From: Lingula anatina | Lineage: Eukaryota > Animalia > Brachiopoda | DNA: 64,000 nt | Reading direction: 5' to 3' | Assembly (NCBI GenBank): GCA_051362555.1 | Contig: CM120640.1 | Coordinates: 68,860,788 to 68,924,787, forward strand | Part shown: piece after piece, positions 37,801 to 48,520 of the stretch | Layout of the letters: every line of letters starts with the position of its first letter | Position numbering within the stretch: the first letter of the stretch is position 1 | The notes under the pieces: generated by a model | What the model saw: only the letters and a program-made list of their open reading frames with translations | The model's database searches: none | What the model was told of the DNA's origin: nothing | Position numbers and translations under genes: made by a program

Positions 37801-40270
37801 CACTGATAAAGAAGGCAGACCTTAATTCTAATGTCCTAAAAAACTATCGACCAATCTCGAATCTGTCATTTCTTTCCAAACTCCTGGAACGTATTGTTGC
37901 AAGCCAATTAAATGACTATTTGAGCAGTTTTTCCTTATATGCAAAATGCCAGTCTGCATATAGACCAAACCACAGTACAGAAACAGCCCTTCTTAAGGTG
38001 CAGAATGACACTTCCAAGCCCTGAATGATCAGAAACATGTGATATTGATTCTTCTTGATCTATCAGCAGCTTTCGATACTCTCGATCACGACATATTGCT
38101 CCAACGACTTGCACACCGTTTTGGGATAACTGGGACAGCTCTCTCCTGGTTTTGGTCTTATCTAACTGGACGCGAGCAACATGTACGCATAGGCTCTTCT
38201 ATTTCAAAATTAAGCAAATTACTTTATGGTGTGCCACAAGGCTCCGTGCTTGGTCCTATACTGTTTACACTCTACACCTCACCAATTGAGGATATAGTTG
38301 CTCAGTTTGGTTTCAATTTGATGTTGTATGCAGATGATTCCCAGATATATGTTATATGTGAAAATCCTTGTGATGAAAAAGCAACTATTGAGGCTTGTGT
38401 GAATGAACTTAGATCTTGGCTCAAGTCCAACTACTTAGTTTTTAATGATGAAAAAACTGAATTAGTCCATTTCAACTCTAAGTTTTCTAAAGACAATACT
38501 GCACTTGATAGTATTAGAGTTGGGGATTCTTTTATAAAACCAACAACAGAAGTAAGGAACTTGGGTGTTATTTTTAATAACAAATGTGAAATGACATCAC
38601 ACATTAACAAAGTATGTAAAACAGCATATTTTAGTCTCCAACGGATATCCAAGATCTTTCACCTTATTAACACCAAGCAAACTGAATTACTCATCCATGC
38701 ATTTGTAACCTCTAGACTGGATTATTGCAATAGCCTATTGTTTGGAATACCTAACTATCAAATGGAAAAGCTACAATCAATTCAGAACTCTGCTGCTCGT
38801 CTCCTCTGTAAAGCTCAGAAGTCCGACCACATCACACCAATTCTGCGAAACCTCCACTGGCTACCCGTGTCTCAACGAATAGTTTTTAAAATATTACTTT
38901 TGACTTTTAAGATTTTAAAGGGCGACTGTCCATTTTACTTAAACTCTACCACAGAACTTTTAACTCCTATCAGGTCACTTCGATCTAGTGGACAACTTCA
39001 ATTTAAGCGAAAAGACACTAAAAAGACTCTTAAGACATATGGACACAGAAGTTTCAAGATTTGTGCACCGATTTTATGGTCTAATTTTATCACAAGATCT
39101 AATGTGTCTCTGGATGACTCATATTACTGTTTTAAGAAGAATTTAAAAACTTTTTTATTTAAAGAATACTTTAATTTATAGCATCTTTTTAGTTTTTAAA
39201 ATTTTTAAGTATCCTGTTTTTTAGTCTATAGTGGCTTTAATTTATCTGTGGAGTTTATATTTTTATGTAAACAGCGCTGAGACGCATGTGTAGCGCGGTT
39301 TTAAAGAAGTGTTTTATTATTATTATTATTATTAAAGGTATTCTACACGAGATTAACCATCCAGGATGATTTTGTAGGAGAAATGTTTCTTCTGCCACGA
39401 ATTATTTCTCGACTTGCTCGACCTATCCCTGCCTTGCATCCGACGTTTTGTCCCTTTTTTATTTGAATGTTTGAATGATTAAGTTTTACATATTGCTAAA
39501 GTCGCTAAGTAAGTCAAAAACTAACGTCCTATTTCGATCCCATGCTTAAATTAAGCGTACTAAAATTGAATAAGTTTAGGACATTCAATCCATATGTATG
39601 AAAAGGTTCATGACACATCGATTTGTTTTTGATGTGGGGAAAAATCCTGTGGGGTAACACGATATACTTAACGTGGCAATCCTTGGAATAGGTTTAAATA
39701 ACACGTGAAGACAAATGTTTGATATCAGTTCCAACAGATGTTTTAAGACTCCCGTATTTTCATCCGTTTTCAAGTTTCAACTTAATTAATTTCATAAAAT
39801 ACATCTTTATCCAGAAAACAAAGTTAGCATACCACCTAAGAAATTGTTATAACTAAAAACTTAAGATAAGAAAAGCAGATACATTTAGGAAAAGTAAACG
39901 ATGTAAAATATATCTATTCGACAAACTTACCAAAGCACATTAAAAGCAGTAAAGTCCAGGTCACTTTACCCACACTGGATGTCGAGCGTGCGATATTAGG
40001 AACGCCGTTTATGGGACTGTTGTCTCCCCAGTTTTTACAGAGCAGCAGCATGCTTGTTTCATCCTGCTGTTCGGCTGCGCTAGGGAGTTGATCTTGTGCC
40101 TGACGGACAAATAAACCGCCGCCTTCAAAGTTTGCAGTTTTTGAGCATGATGAATATTTACCGTTCTCTGACTGTTCTGAATCAAAACCAGTACCTCCAT
40201 TTTTCTGGCTGTTTAATAAGCTTCTTTGTGATGTTGCTCTTTGTTCCTGCTCATATTTGTCTTGCTGCAT
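24775..40270 (-). CDS. DEG/ENaC (amiloride-sensitive channel family) subunit. Common exons: 30836-30704, 30023-29507, 29311-29166, 28987-28878, 27891-27728, 27348-27232, 27108-26946, 26481-26409, 26223-26166, 25849-25764, 25248-25173, 25014-24775. One of three first exons is added, giving 679, 707 or 740 aa
   Basis: Family motifs: [60 protein letters not shown], the cysteine-rich thumb (CMKTCYQ..ECAC; CDCPLTC), [14 protein letters not shown], and TM2 [15 protein letters not shown] with a GxS filter. All 12 introns are GT-AG with matching phases. Confidence 0.95.
28174..28589. mobile_element. MITE with ~65-bp TIRs in a channel intron
   Basis: GCCCCTATTTCATACAGACCACGAATC...GAATTGACAAATTTCAGGATTCGTG pairs with CACGAATCCTGAAATTTGTCAATTC...GTGGTCTATGTGAAAAAGGGGC. 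The interior is rich in CACGAAT/ATTCGTG. Confidence 0.85.
29580..29810 (-). repeat. Coding 63-bp (21-aa) tandem repeat in the channel ectodomain
   Basis: GTTGTCCCAC recurs at 29598, 29661, 29724 and 29787. It encodes SQTT(A/V)[11 protein letters not shown](K/Q)-type units. Confidence 0.9.
31201..31357 (-). CDS. DEG/ENaC alternative first exon A (proximal)
   Basis: [53 protein letters not shown]|gtaag, with a phase-1 donor. Confidence 0.9.
32177..32415. mobile_element. Tourist-like MITE (TTA target duplication)
   Basis: GGGTTCATTCTC..TGAAACTACCGTTCTAC.TAGATC pairs with GATCTACGTAAAACGATAGTTTCA..GGGAATGACCCC, with TTA on both sides. A partial relative lies at ~49619-49750. Confidence 0.75.
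33240..33274. repeat. (CA)n microsatellite
   Basis: Read directly from the sequence. Confidence 0.95.
34882..35122 (-). CDS. DEG/ENaC alternative first exon B (middle)
   Basis: MSTGAQTMY...[45 protein letters not shown]|gtaag, with a phase-1 donor. A minus-strand TATAAA lies ~120 bp upstream. Confidence 0.88.
37768..39335 (+). mobile_element. 5'-truncated non-LTR retrotransposon (L2/CR1 group), RT domain with one frameshift near 38010
   Basis: Motifs [64 protein letters not shown] and HITPIL..LHWLPV. The 3'UTR ends in a (TTA)n tail at ~39314-39335. It is antisense to the channel, between first exons B and C. Confidence 0.93.
39931..40270 (-). CDS. DEG/ENaC alternative first exon C (distal)
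   Basis: [10 protein letters not shown]...[46 protein letters not shown]|gtaag, with a phase-1 donor. Confidence 0.88.
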
Positions 40271-42329
40271 TTTGCTTTTTTTGTCGAACTTCCTGATATC
40301 TCTAAAACTTTAAAAACTCCACAAAAATTTCAAAATGAGTAATTTCCTTACTAAACCTTGAAATCTCAACACACAACATCATAGGGCTGTGTTGACTGTT
40401 ACATAGTTGAAGCCGCGGGGATATGAAACCGACGCACAGGGTTTTCTATACTATATAGATGGTCGATTGATTTACGCTTCATTAGCAATTTTTTTGTCTT
40501 TAAGAAGTTACAAGGTGCACGTCGATAATATGTCTATTTTCGTAAGCATATTCCTAGCTGTCTGTCAAAGGGTGGAATTTGATTATTTCACGCTTCGTTT
40601 AAAACCATACCGTTCTAAAACATGTTATATAATATTTATTTACATTTATATGTACACTAAGGCTGCTTTTCAGGTCTTGAGGGGTCTGAAATTATGTCAA
40701 AACGTCCTGACACGATCAAGATAATACTTTATTAACATTATTCTTTGTGCAATATTTGCATGTAATTCATTTGTAAGCCCTCTTTATAAGTAACACCAAC
40801 AGATCAAAGGCCTTAATATCGGAGGACAAGGGGCAAGAATTCGACCCTTGAGAAATAGTGCAGTATTAAGATTGGTACTAATTCTTTGTGCCTCATTTTT
40901 GGTTAAATTAAGGTCGATGATTAATAAAAGGCTACAACCAACATGTAGAGTAGAAAATGACACTTTTCAATGTTGGTTAACGTAGTTTATCCAGATTAAT
41001 ACGTGACATGGGTTAACGTCTTGGTAAAAATTTCGGAGAAATGATTTGCACAGTGCCACATGAGGGACACATGTTCCACATACCCTGGCCTGGCTGCAGC
41101 TTTTATAAGTACAAGCGCATGTACTTTTTCGAGATGTATAGGCCTATTGTTTTTCCATACTGTACAAAATGTTCTGTATATTTTTTGGTCGGTTTGAAGA
41201 AAAAGACAACTTCGGCGGCAATTTTTTTCTTTTTTCTTAATTTTTTCCTTCAGAATAATGCAGAAATGAAACTTTTTTCAACCGGTTCTATAATGTATAT
41301 TTCTCAACTTTTATTGAAACATATCACTCTTATACGGACAGAGGAAGCTCCACCCAGCCCCATTTATTCTGAAACTATCTCTTGGCGTCTTATCAGAAGG
41401 AAGGAGAGATTGATCTTATCGTTTGAGGCACACCGGAGCACCGCAAAATATCCAAAACTGTATCGAAATGTTTAATGTCTTCGCAGCTGGGCTTGGAGTA
41501 TCAAAGCATCATAGTCGCATTTCAATTTAAACCCCTAGTGTGTAACTAGAACTTACATGTTAAAACAGACCAAGAACTCATACACATCAGCAGGATGCAC
41601 ACAAATATTTATTTGTAACATGAAAAAAATAAGTAAAACACAAAAAATCTAAAATACCAAAGTCACATTTTTGGAGAAATATAGGTATGAACAACGCTAA
41701 AACTATTCGCCTGCCAATGTAACATCTGTAACTAAGAAAAGATTTTACGTGATCTGTTCGTTCTTTTCAAGCTCCCACCAAACAACTTTAGTTGGTCCTA
41801 GTCCTGCTTATGTACACTTTTTCTAAAATTTTGCACAAAAGATAGCAGGATTAAGAACCAATAAGTGTATATTGTTTCTGACATAATTTCTTTAAAAAAA
41901 CGTTTGACTAATTAAATTCCTTTTATGGATAACTGTTTTTGTAATGGGAGCCAGAAAAGATACAAAATTTTTAATGGTCAAAACTGTTCAAAAGTAAGCA
42001 TCGGAGGCAATAGGCCGACAATTTTTGAAATTAAGCTTTAAATGTTGAGGGTATTTCACCAGAAGTACAAGATCACTAAGATTTTTCTGCCTTGTCTGAA
42101 ATGTTATTACATGTACCTATAAGTAACATGGACCCTATCGAAACTTGGACAGTAAAATTATTATGTCATAAGAATCACAGTATTCATATTTTCAAATATT
42201 AATTGAATTCCTAGTATAATTTCTGAAAATATTGATACTCAGTTTAATATTGCCAATAAAATGTGCGGGTCAAACAGGCCAGGCCTGTCCTCAGCCTGCT
42301 GAGAATTCAAGTACGTACGCTGGCTATGT

Positions 42330-42495
42330 CTATTCAGAATAGGGGACTAACTAGTCCGAGGGTCAAATATGGTGACCCACTACAAAGCTTGCCGTCTAAT
42401 CCGCTAATAGGCACTGAACAGATTCCCCGTGGAGCAGATTAAGGTGGGTCGGCCATATTGGACCCTTACACTACTTAGTCCCCTATTATGAATGG
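42330..42495. mobile_element. Small palindromic MITE
   Basis: ATTCAGAATAGGGGACTAA...GGGTCAAATATGG pairs with CCATATTGGACCC...TTAGTCCCCTATTATGAAT. Confidence 0.65.
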
Positions 42496-42903
42496 CGCTT
42501 TTAATACTGAAAAGTTCAGTGATGCCTAAGCAATTTGATCACAAAATACTCGCCAAAAATATTAATGATGACCAAAATATGAACCAGTAAGGCAATACCC
42601 TTGCTACAAATTTCGCATGATACTCTGGAAAGAAGAGTAAACAAAATTGAGGTTTTATTCTCAGCAAAAAGTTACCGCAAGATATGAAACACCTTCGGAT
42701 GCCCAGTGAAAGAAAGGAGCGATAAGTTATTTCTTCTGTATCCTGTTAGGCTACATGACAGCAAAGGCGGCCCAGGTTTCCAAGACCTAGTCAAACTAGC
42801 GTCAGTCATGACAACTTTTCAGTTTTTTCTTTTCTGTTTGATTGGCGAAGATAAAAAACAATGGCATTTTCATGGCATTTTAGCTGATAAAACTGGTCAC
42901 TGT

Positions 42904-44906
42904 TTATCGTCGTCCGCGGTTCGTCCAAGGTGCTTGAGGGCACATCTTCCATATGCACATAGGAAAACCTGAAAAAGGTAAATAACTACACATATATTGA
43001 AAAAATACACTTTAAACTTATGATATAAGTCTTTTATAAATATTTCAGTCAAATAAAAAGATTAAATGTTATGTGGATGTATGTGACAAATTTTACCACT
43101 ACCTAGGAGGTTTCTCATACATTTCCTTGCTACTACACGTACCAGCTTCTCCTTAAAGGGATAATAACTCTTCGTATGAGATCTATATTTCACAATAAAA
43201 ACATTGTGAATAACTCACAGAAATATAATATATTCTGTTTTACCACAAAAACGGCAGTTATAGCTATTATTCTGATATCTGAGCTTGTCTTTAGACCACG
43301 TGACCTCCACTGATGGCTATACTCTGTTAAAATCTCTTAAGAGATTTTAACAAAAAACCAAACTTTTTAGAATAAAAAAACAGGGACTAACTTTGATTGT
43401 AAAAATGGATTCATTAATCATTGGTAAGTATGGGAAAATTGTTGTTTACTCCAGGAAAATTCATTTTTTGGCCGAAACGAAGAGTTATTATCCCTTTAAC
43501 GTTTTAGGATGGATATATAGTAACTTCCCAGCACACACAGAACGTTTTTTAACATTACCATCACGTTACCGTAACGATTTTTGGTTATATTAACGTTATG
43601 ATAACGTTCTGTGTTTGCAGCTGGGTTGTCACTGCATCTACACTACATATATCCCATATCATTAAAATTCAACCCCCTAAAATAGGTGTGAATGCTCTTT
43701 TATTATCACATGCCAAGAAACCGACAATATACAATAGCATTAACGAACTTACCTCCATCCTGCCGCTTCCTAGGTACGTCAGGGCCGTTTGGTACTTTAG
43801 ATTTCATTTCTGGAATCTGTTTAATGGCTCCATCGTAGTCCAATTTGTTTTCCATATTTTTGAGACCAGATAATAAGTTGGCAGTGTCGCCTTGGGTGAA
43901 CCGACCAAAAGCAGCATTCTGAAATAAATAGTGAAGTGTGGGTTAGGAAAGGCATGCTTTGGAATTAGACCATTTGGAGCGCCGTGGAAGAAAACTGGCT
44001 TTTCAGGGGATTAAAGATATCAAAATAAAGAGCCTATTAAAAAATTGGCAGCAAAATATTTGATAAGTTTCCAAATAAACATCTGAGAAAAGTATGCTTG
44101 GAAAGTAATCAAACATGATCAGCGATTACTGTTTTCGCTCATGTTACATTGCATGCCCACAGGACGGCCATGATCGATGATAATCTGCACTGAGATAGGC
44201 CTACCATTAGGGACCATTCCCAGACCCTATCATACCAACTTTGGATTTGTCTATCTCCTAGGGGATTCTCGCTAAATTGCAATTAACTTAAGCGGCTTCG
44301 ATGTCTGTCACGCCTACTGAAGCTGATAGGGGGTAATTAACTATCGTTTAGCAGCTTTGGTAGGCGCGCCAGACACCTAATCCGCTTAAGCTGAAAGCAA
44401 TTTAGCGAGAAACCCCGTGGAGATGGTACGATCCCGTTAGATCGATCTAGGTATGGAAACCCAGTTTTAGACACTGGTCCACAATACCTCAACAATCGAG
44501 CATAAGCACGTCATTTGGCGGGCTCTTATGAATTGGAGGGAAGGATAAATAGGTCTAGATTACAACCAGCAATATGAAAAAGGTGCAGTTTTTTTTATTT
44601 GCTGACCGAGTGATTTATTTGCTCATTCTTTGGCAACTCAACATCATTTGAGTTGTATTAGAAACAACTAGAAGTGGTTTATATGTGTTAATTTTACGCC
44701 GTTAATTGAGACTCCGTGGGAGGTGGGTCTAACAGGTTAGACCCAGGATGAAAGGATGAAACCTGAAAGAAAAGACAGGATTTATGCAACAACCAGGCGA
44801 CATAACAAGCTTGGCTTCGTATTTCAACGAGCATTGCCCTTTTGCGGTTGCAGGAACGCTATGGCGTAACGCTGATTAATTTAGTGCTAAGCTGTTAAAC
44901 CCATTT

Positions 44907-44970
<64 letters not shown>

Positions 44971-47900
44971 AAAAAACAGTAATATTAGAAAATAATAATA
45001 TTTAAAAAAATTATACATATATGATGTTATACAATATACATTCTAAGTGAAATAGATTAAATCCTAAGTGTATTTCTAATTAATTGCGTTTTTTCATAAT
45101 TATACTTATATAACTCCCTACTGCAGCTGCACCCTGCACAGAAGGTGGATTTAAAATGATGTCCAGCCGTCTTACCTTGTCTGTTAGACCCAGTTTACCA
45201 CTGGTATGCATTCAAATAGTAGTTTTCTTTCAATTTCGTGATCAGCGCATTCGAGGAAAAAATGAATTTCATCTTCCACCTTGTCACAATGAGGGCATTT
45301 TCGGTCCGATAGTTGTGTTTTTGGGTTTTCATGTCGCCCTCTTTCAATTTCTAGATCGTGGTCACTTATTCGCATTTTTGCCAAAAGTTTTTTTGTGGGT
45401 ACGTGAAATATTCATTTTTAAGTATGGTTCGGGCTCGTATTGATTTTTAATTTTTCTGTATGTCCTTGGCTTATTATTTTTGTGATTATGGATTTTATTG
45501 TCAGTTGTGGTGGAATTTGAGTGATTTATTCCCCAACATGAAGCCAAGTTTGACGTTGCCAAAAACCAGTTATTTTTCCTTTTTGTTTGTTCTCTGTTGT
45601 GCGCTTGCTTGACAATTCTTTGCTCTGGGAGGTTATTCAGCCTTTCACTGTATCTTAATACTAGTTTAAAAATGTCCAAGTATAATGGGAGACGCCCAAG
45701 TTCTGCACGACAGGCATTTTTGCTGGCTGATCTTCTCAAACCAAATGTCACATCTTTATGTGTATTTGTTCAAAGGGCATTTTGTTTGTTTTATTTAATG
45801 ATATTCTTTTCTCTGTGAAGATTTCTTGAGCCCAGATTTACACAGAAAGTGCGCCTCCTTTGTCGGTCGTTAGTGTGACCATGAGACTGGCAAAGTCTGT
45901 TTAGAGGGTGAAGGAAGCAGAGTGGTCGCTCACATCGTACAAAGGTGGTATACGGGGTGTTCACACCAGTTCACACCACGTGGACGCCATGCAAAAATAG
46001 GTCGCGAAGGCTGGTCGCTGAAGGTAGCTCAACACAGGCAAAAAAAAAAAAAAAATGGCAAAAGCACCTCGGGGTTGCAGAAGGGTGCTCAGTGGTCGGT
46101 GTGTTAAAGATACAATTTTACTGTCAGTCTGGTCGGTGATAGAGTAATTTTTACTAGTGGCAAAGAATTTTTAAAGGCTTTACATATAGGCTGTCCATGC
46201 CACACCCAAAGAACGTCACTTATGACATTTTCAAGATCAACACAACATTTTACTATATTTCGCCTGTCTACCAAACATACATTTTGATATTCGACAGTAG
46301 GCCAGTTCACCAGGCAACTTTTGCGTGCATCTAATTGGAAGATTGTTTACTGTTGATGAACGAATTCAAAAGGACAGAAATGTTACGGGTGTAGATGGGA
46401 GAGTTCCTGTATGCAAATGTAGACTAAATTATATTAAAGATAAGGCCTACAAAATGTTTATTACCCAAACAAATGACAAGTCTTTTTGGAAAAAAATGCA
46501 TTTTATCCATGAACAAAGCAAACAGAAATATCAGGACCTACTATAAAAATAAAGTTCAATTATGTTTATAATATGTATATAGTAAAGACGGTTTGAAGCC
46601 AAATAAATATTACATGTACAAGTACGAGTAGTGTTTTATTTGATCTTTCCATAAATTCATTTATTCAACTCTATGTGTATTCAATCAATTCATAGCTAAA
46701 ATGTACACGAAAGTTGCTTTCATCACCGAATCTTTTTGGTAAAGGCACTTTTAAAAATCACTGTTGGCAAGTTCTTATACTTAAAATCTCCGTATCAGAG
46801 TAGAGTGATCAAAGTAGAGTGAAGCCACCACGCATTAAAGGTCAATTAAGGCTTGGACGAACACTTAATTGCGACCACTCAGCTTCGATCTTTACCTCAG
46901 CGAGCTAGGGTTAGGCTCTTTTGTTAGCATAAAGTAAGTCACGATAATTACCCGACGGGGCAGGGCATGGTACTATTGTTAACAGAAACTAAACAGCGCA
47001 TGGGTGATAATGTTATTTTTATGGTTACCGCGCCAGGCCGTATGAACAACCCGCAGGGGCCCGCGGAGTAAGAAAGGGGACTTTCCGCCGGGACTGTATC
47101 CTCAACAAAATTAAAGAAATAAATAAATAAAATAAAAAATAAAAAAAAACACGAAAAGTCATCACTTCAAAGAGCAAACTACAACAAAAAAATCAATTTG
47201 CATAGCTGATAGAAAAATAATAAGTCAGTATTTTGACTTTCTCATTGGCGGTCAGTATAATATATCTGAATCGACCAGCAAAACGAGCGCAAAAGAATCA
47301 AAGGAACAAAACGTGTGAAATAATTCCTTCAATGAACTTTCATCGCATTATCGATAATTTTCTCTCGAATTACAACATTATATGATTCATTGTACAGTGT
47401 ATTTAAATACATCTTCTACGTCAGTTTTCGATTTAAATTTGGGACAAAAGAAATTTATTTTCTTATTTGGCCAAAATGGGCCTTCGTGTTGTTTTTTAGG
47501 CAAAAGAATGTTATATGAAGCAATAAAAATCATCCTATGCCTTTGAACGGAGAAATATAGCAATCACACAAAAATCTTCTTTCTTGTTCATGTTGTGATA
47601 AACGGATAACGTTAAAATACGCAACTGACAGGGAGAATATTAAGACGCTTAGTAAGTGATCGGTTTTTATATATAGACGCTGCACGCGTCTGAATACCTT
47701 CTGATCACTGTGTCTGTCCGTGTAGGCGCCGTTGCTGTCGCAGTCTAAAGCATCAGTGCAAGTAACTGCCAAATCTTCTTCTTATTTTTTTCTGTAAATT
47801 AACTGAGTTGTATTGTTTGCTTTAAAAAGTGTTCCTTTCAAAAAGCCGCGTGGGGGGATTATCATTGTTGTATTTTTCTTTTTACAAAAGGTTATTTTTA

Positions 47901-48520
47901 TCTTTTTTGCATATATTTTGCCAAAATTCGTCTCATCGTCTCATAAGTGTCAAACCATACTTTTGTTTAAATTTGCCAACCTTTTTAGGCAAAGCAAGAT
48001 GTGTAATGGCGCTTATGGTTCCCAATTTTTCCATTTTTGCACAACATAAGTTTATAAACTTATTTTGTGTTTATCCTTAACTCCATTCCCATGGTTCAGT
48101 TTGATTTTAAAAAATTGGTAACACTACCGAATATACAGAGTACTGAGCAAAGTCTTTTTAGAATAATTTGAAAAAAAAAATCTACTTTTTTTTTCTTTTT
48201 TACAAAGTCTTTTTTTTTACTGAAATTACCCTAGCAAAAATCTTTAAATGAGTTTCACTGTGACATTCATACGGTTTATTTGTAGATTGCGAAGATCTGG
48301 AAAAAACGTGTTTCTGCCCTCAGACCTGCAGGCAAATGAAGGTTTTGGGCACGATTCTTACCTTCAAATCCTCGTATGCCAACACCCCTTCTCCTCTTTC
48401 CTCTGTAGGGTATGCAACTAAATTCGTTGTCCCCACCGCCAGGGCTAGGATCAGCACCATCATCCTTTTGGTCGGGCACGCAAAAGCATAAAACCTGCCC
48501 CCTGCTGAAATCTCTGCCAT
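42904..48520 (-). CDS. Neuropeptide precursor, molluscan urotensin II-like (CxWKxC) type; exons 48520-48362, 43918-43753, 42968-42904; 129 aa
   Basis: Hydrophobic signal segment MMVLILALAVGTTNLVAYP, then a spacer, then PRKR|QDGGFPMCIWKMCPQAPWTNR-GRR*. This shows a basic cleavage site, an N-terminal Gln, a six-residue disulfide ring and a G-RR amidation signal. CxWKxCPxAPW resembles the Aplysia urotensin II-like peptide. Splice sites are canonical and the phases (0, 1) match. Confidence 0.85.
43157..43495. mobile_element. Non-autonomous TTAA element (Kolobok-like), 339 bp, in the last neuropeptide intron
   Basis: TTAA|AGGGATAATAACTCTTCGT ... ACGAAGAGTTATTATCCCT|TTAA, a perfect 19-bp TIR. Partial copies lie at ~50971-51145 and ~56891-57095. 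Confidence 0.85.
44210..44466. mobile_element. Tourist-like MITE family B
   Basis: Internal inverted repeats (CTCGCTAAATTGC/GCAATTTAGCGAG; TTAAGCGG/CCGCTTAA) with TTA flanks. An internally deleted copy lies at 57468-57686. Confidence 0.7.
44912..44968. repeat. (TA)n microsatellite
   Basis: Read directly from the sequence. Confidence 0.95.
45130..45835 (-). mobile_element. Decayed 3' end of a non-LTR retrotransposon ORF2 (RTEX-like C-terminus)
   Basis: Frameshifted fragments ACRAELGRLPL and RISDHDLEIERGRH...RKCPHCDKVEDEIHFFLEC (a C-terminal CCHC zinc knuckle) are typical of LINE ORF2 tails. The clade assignment is tentative. Confidence 0.7.

Noticed and set aside
31201-40270. Three separate tandem DEG/ENaC genes
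   Set aside because: No additional FPAVTVCN, thumb or TM2 exons were found between the three first exons. Only one channel body is visible.
45900-46410. Possible extra minus-strand exon(s) in neuropeptide intron 1
   Set aside because: All three frames after the candidate acceptor near 46406 reach a stop within ~25 codons, and no homology is recognisable.
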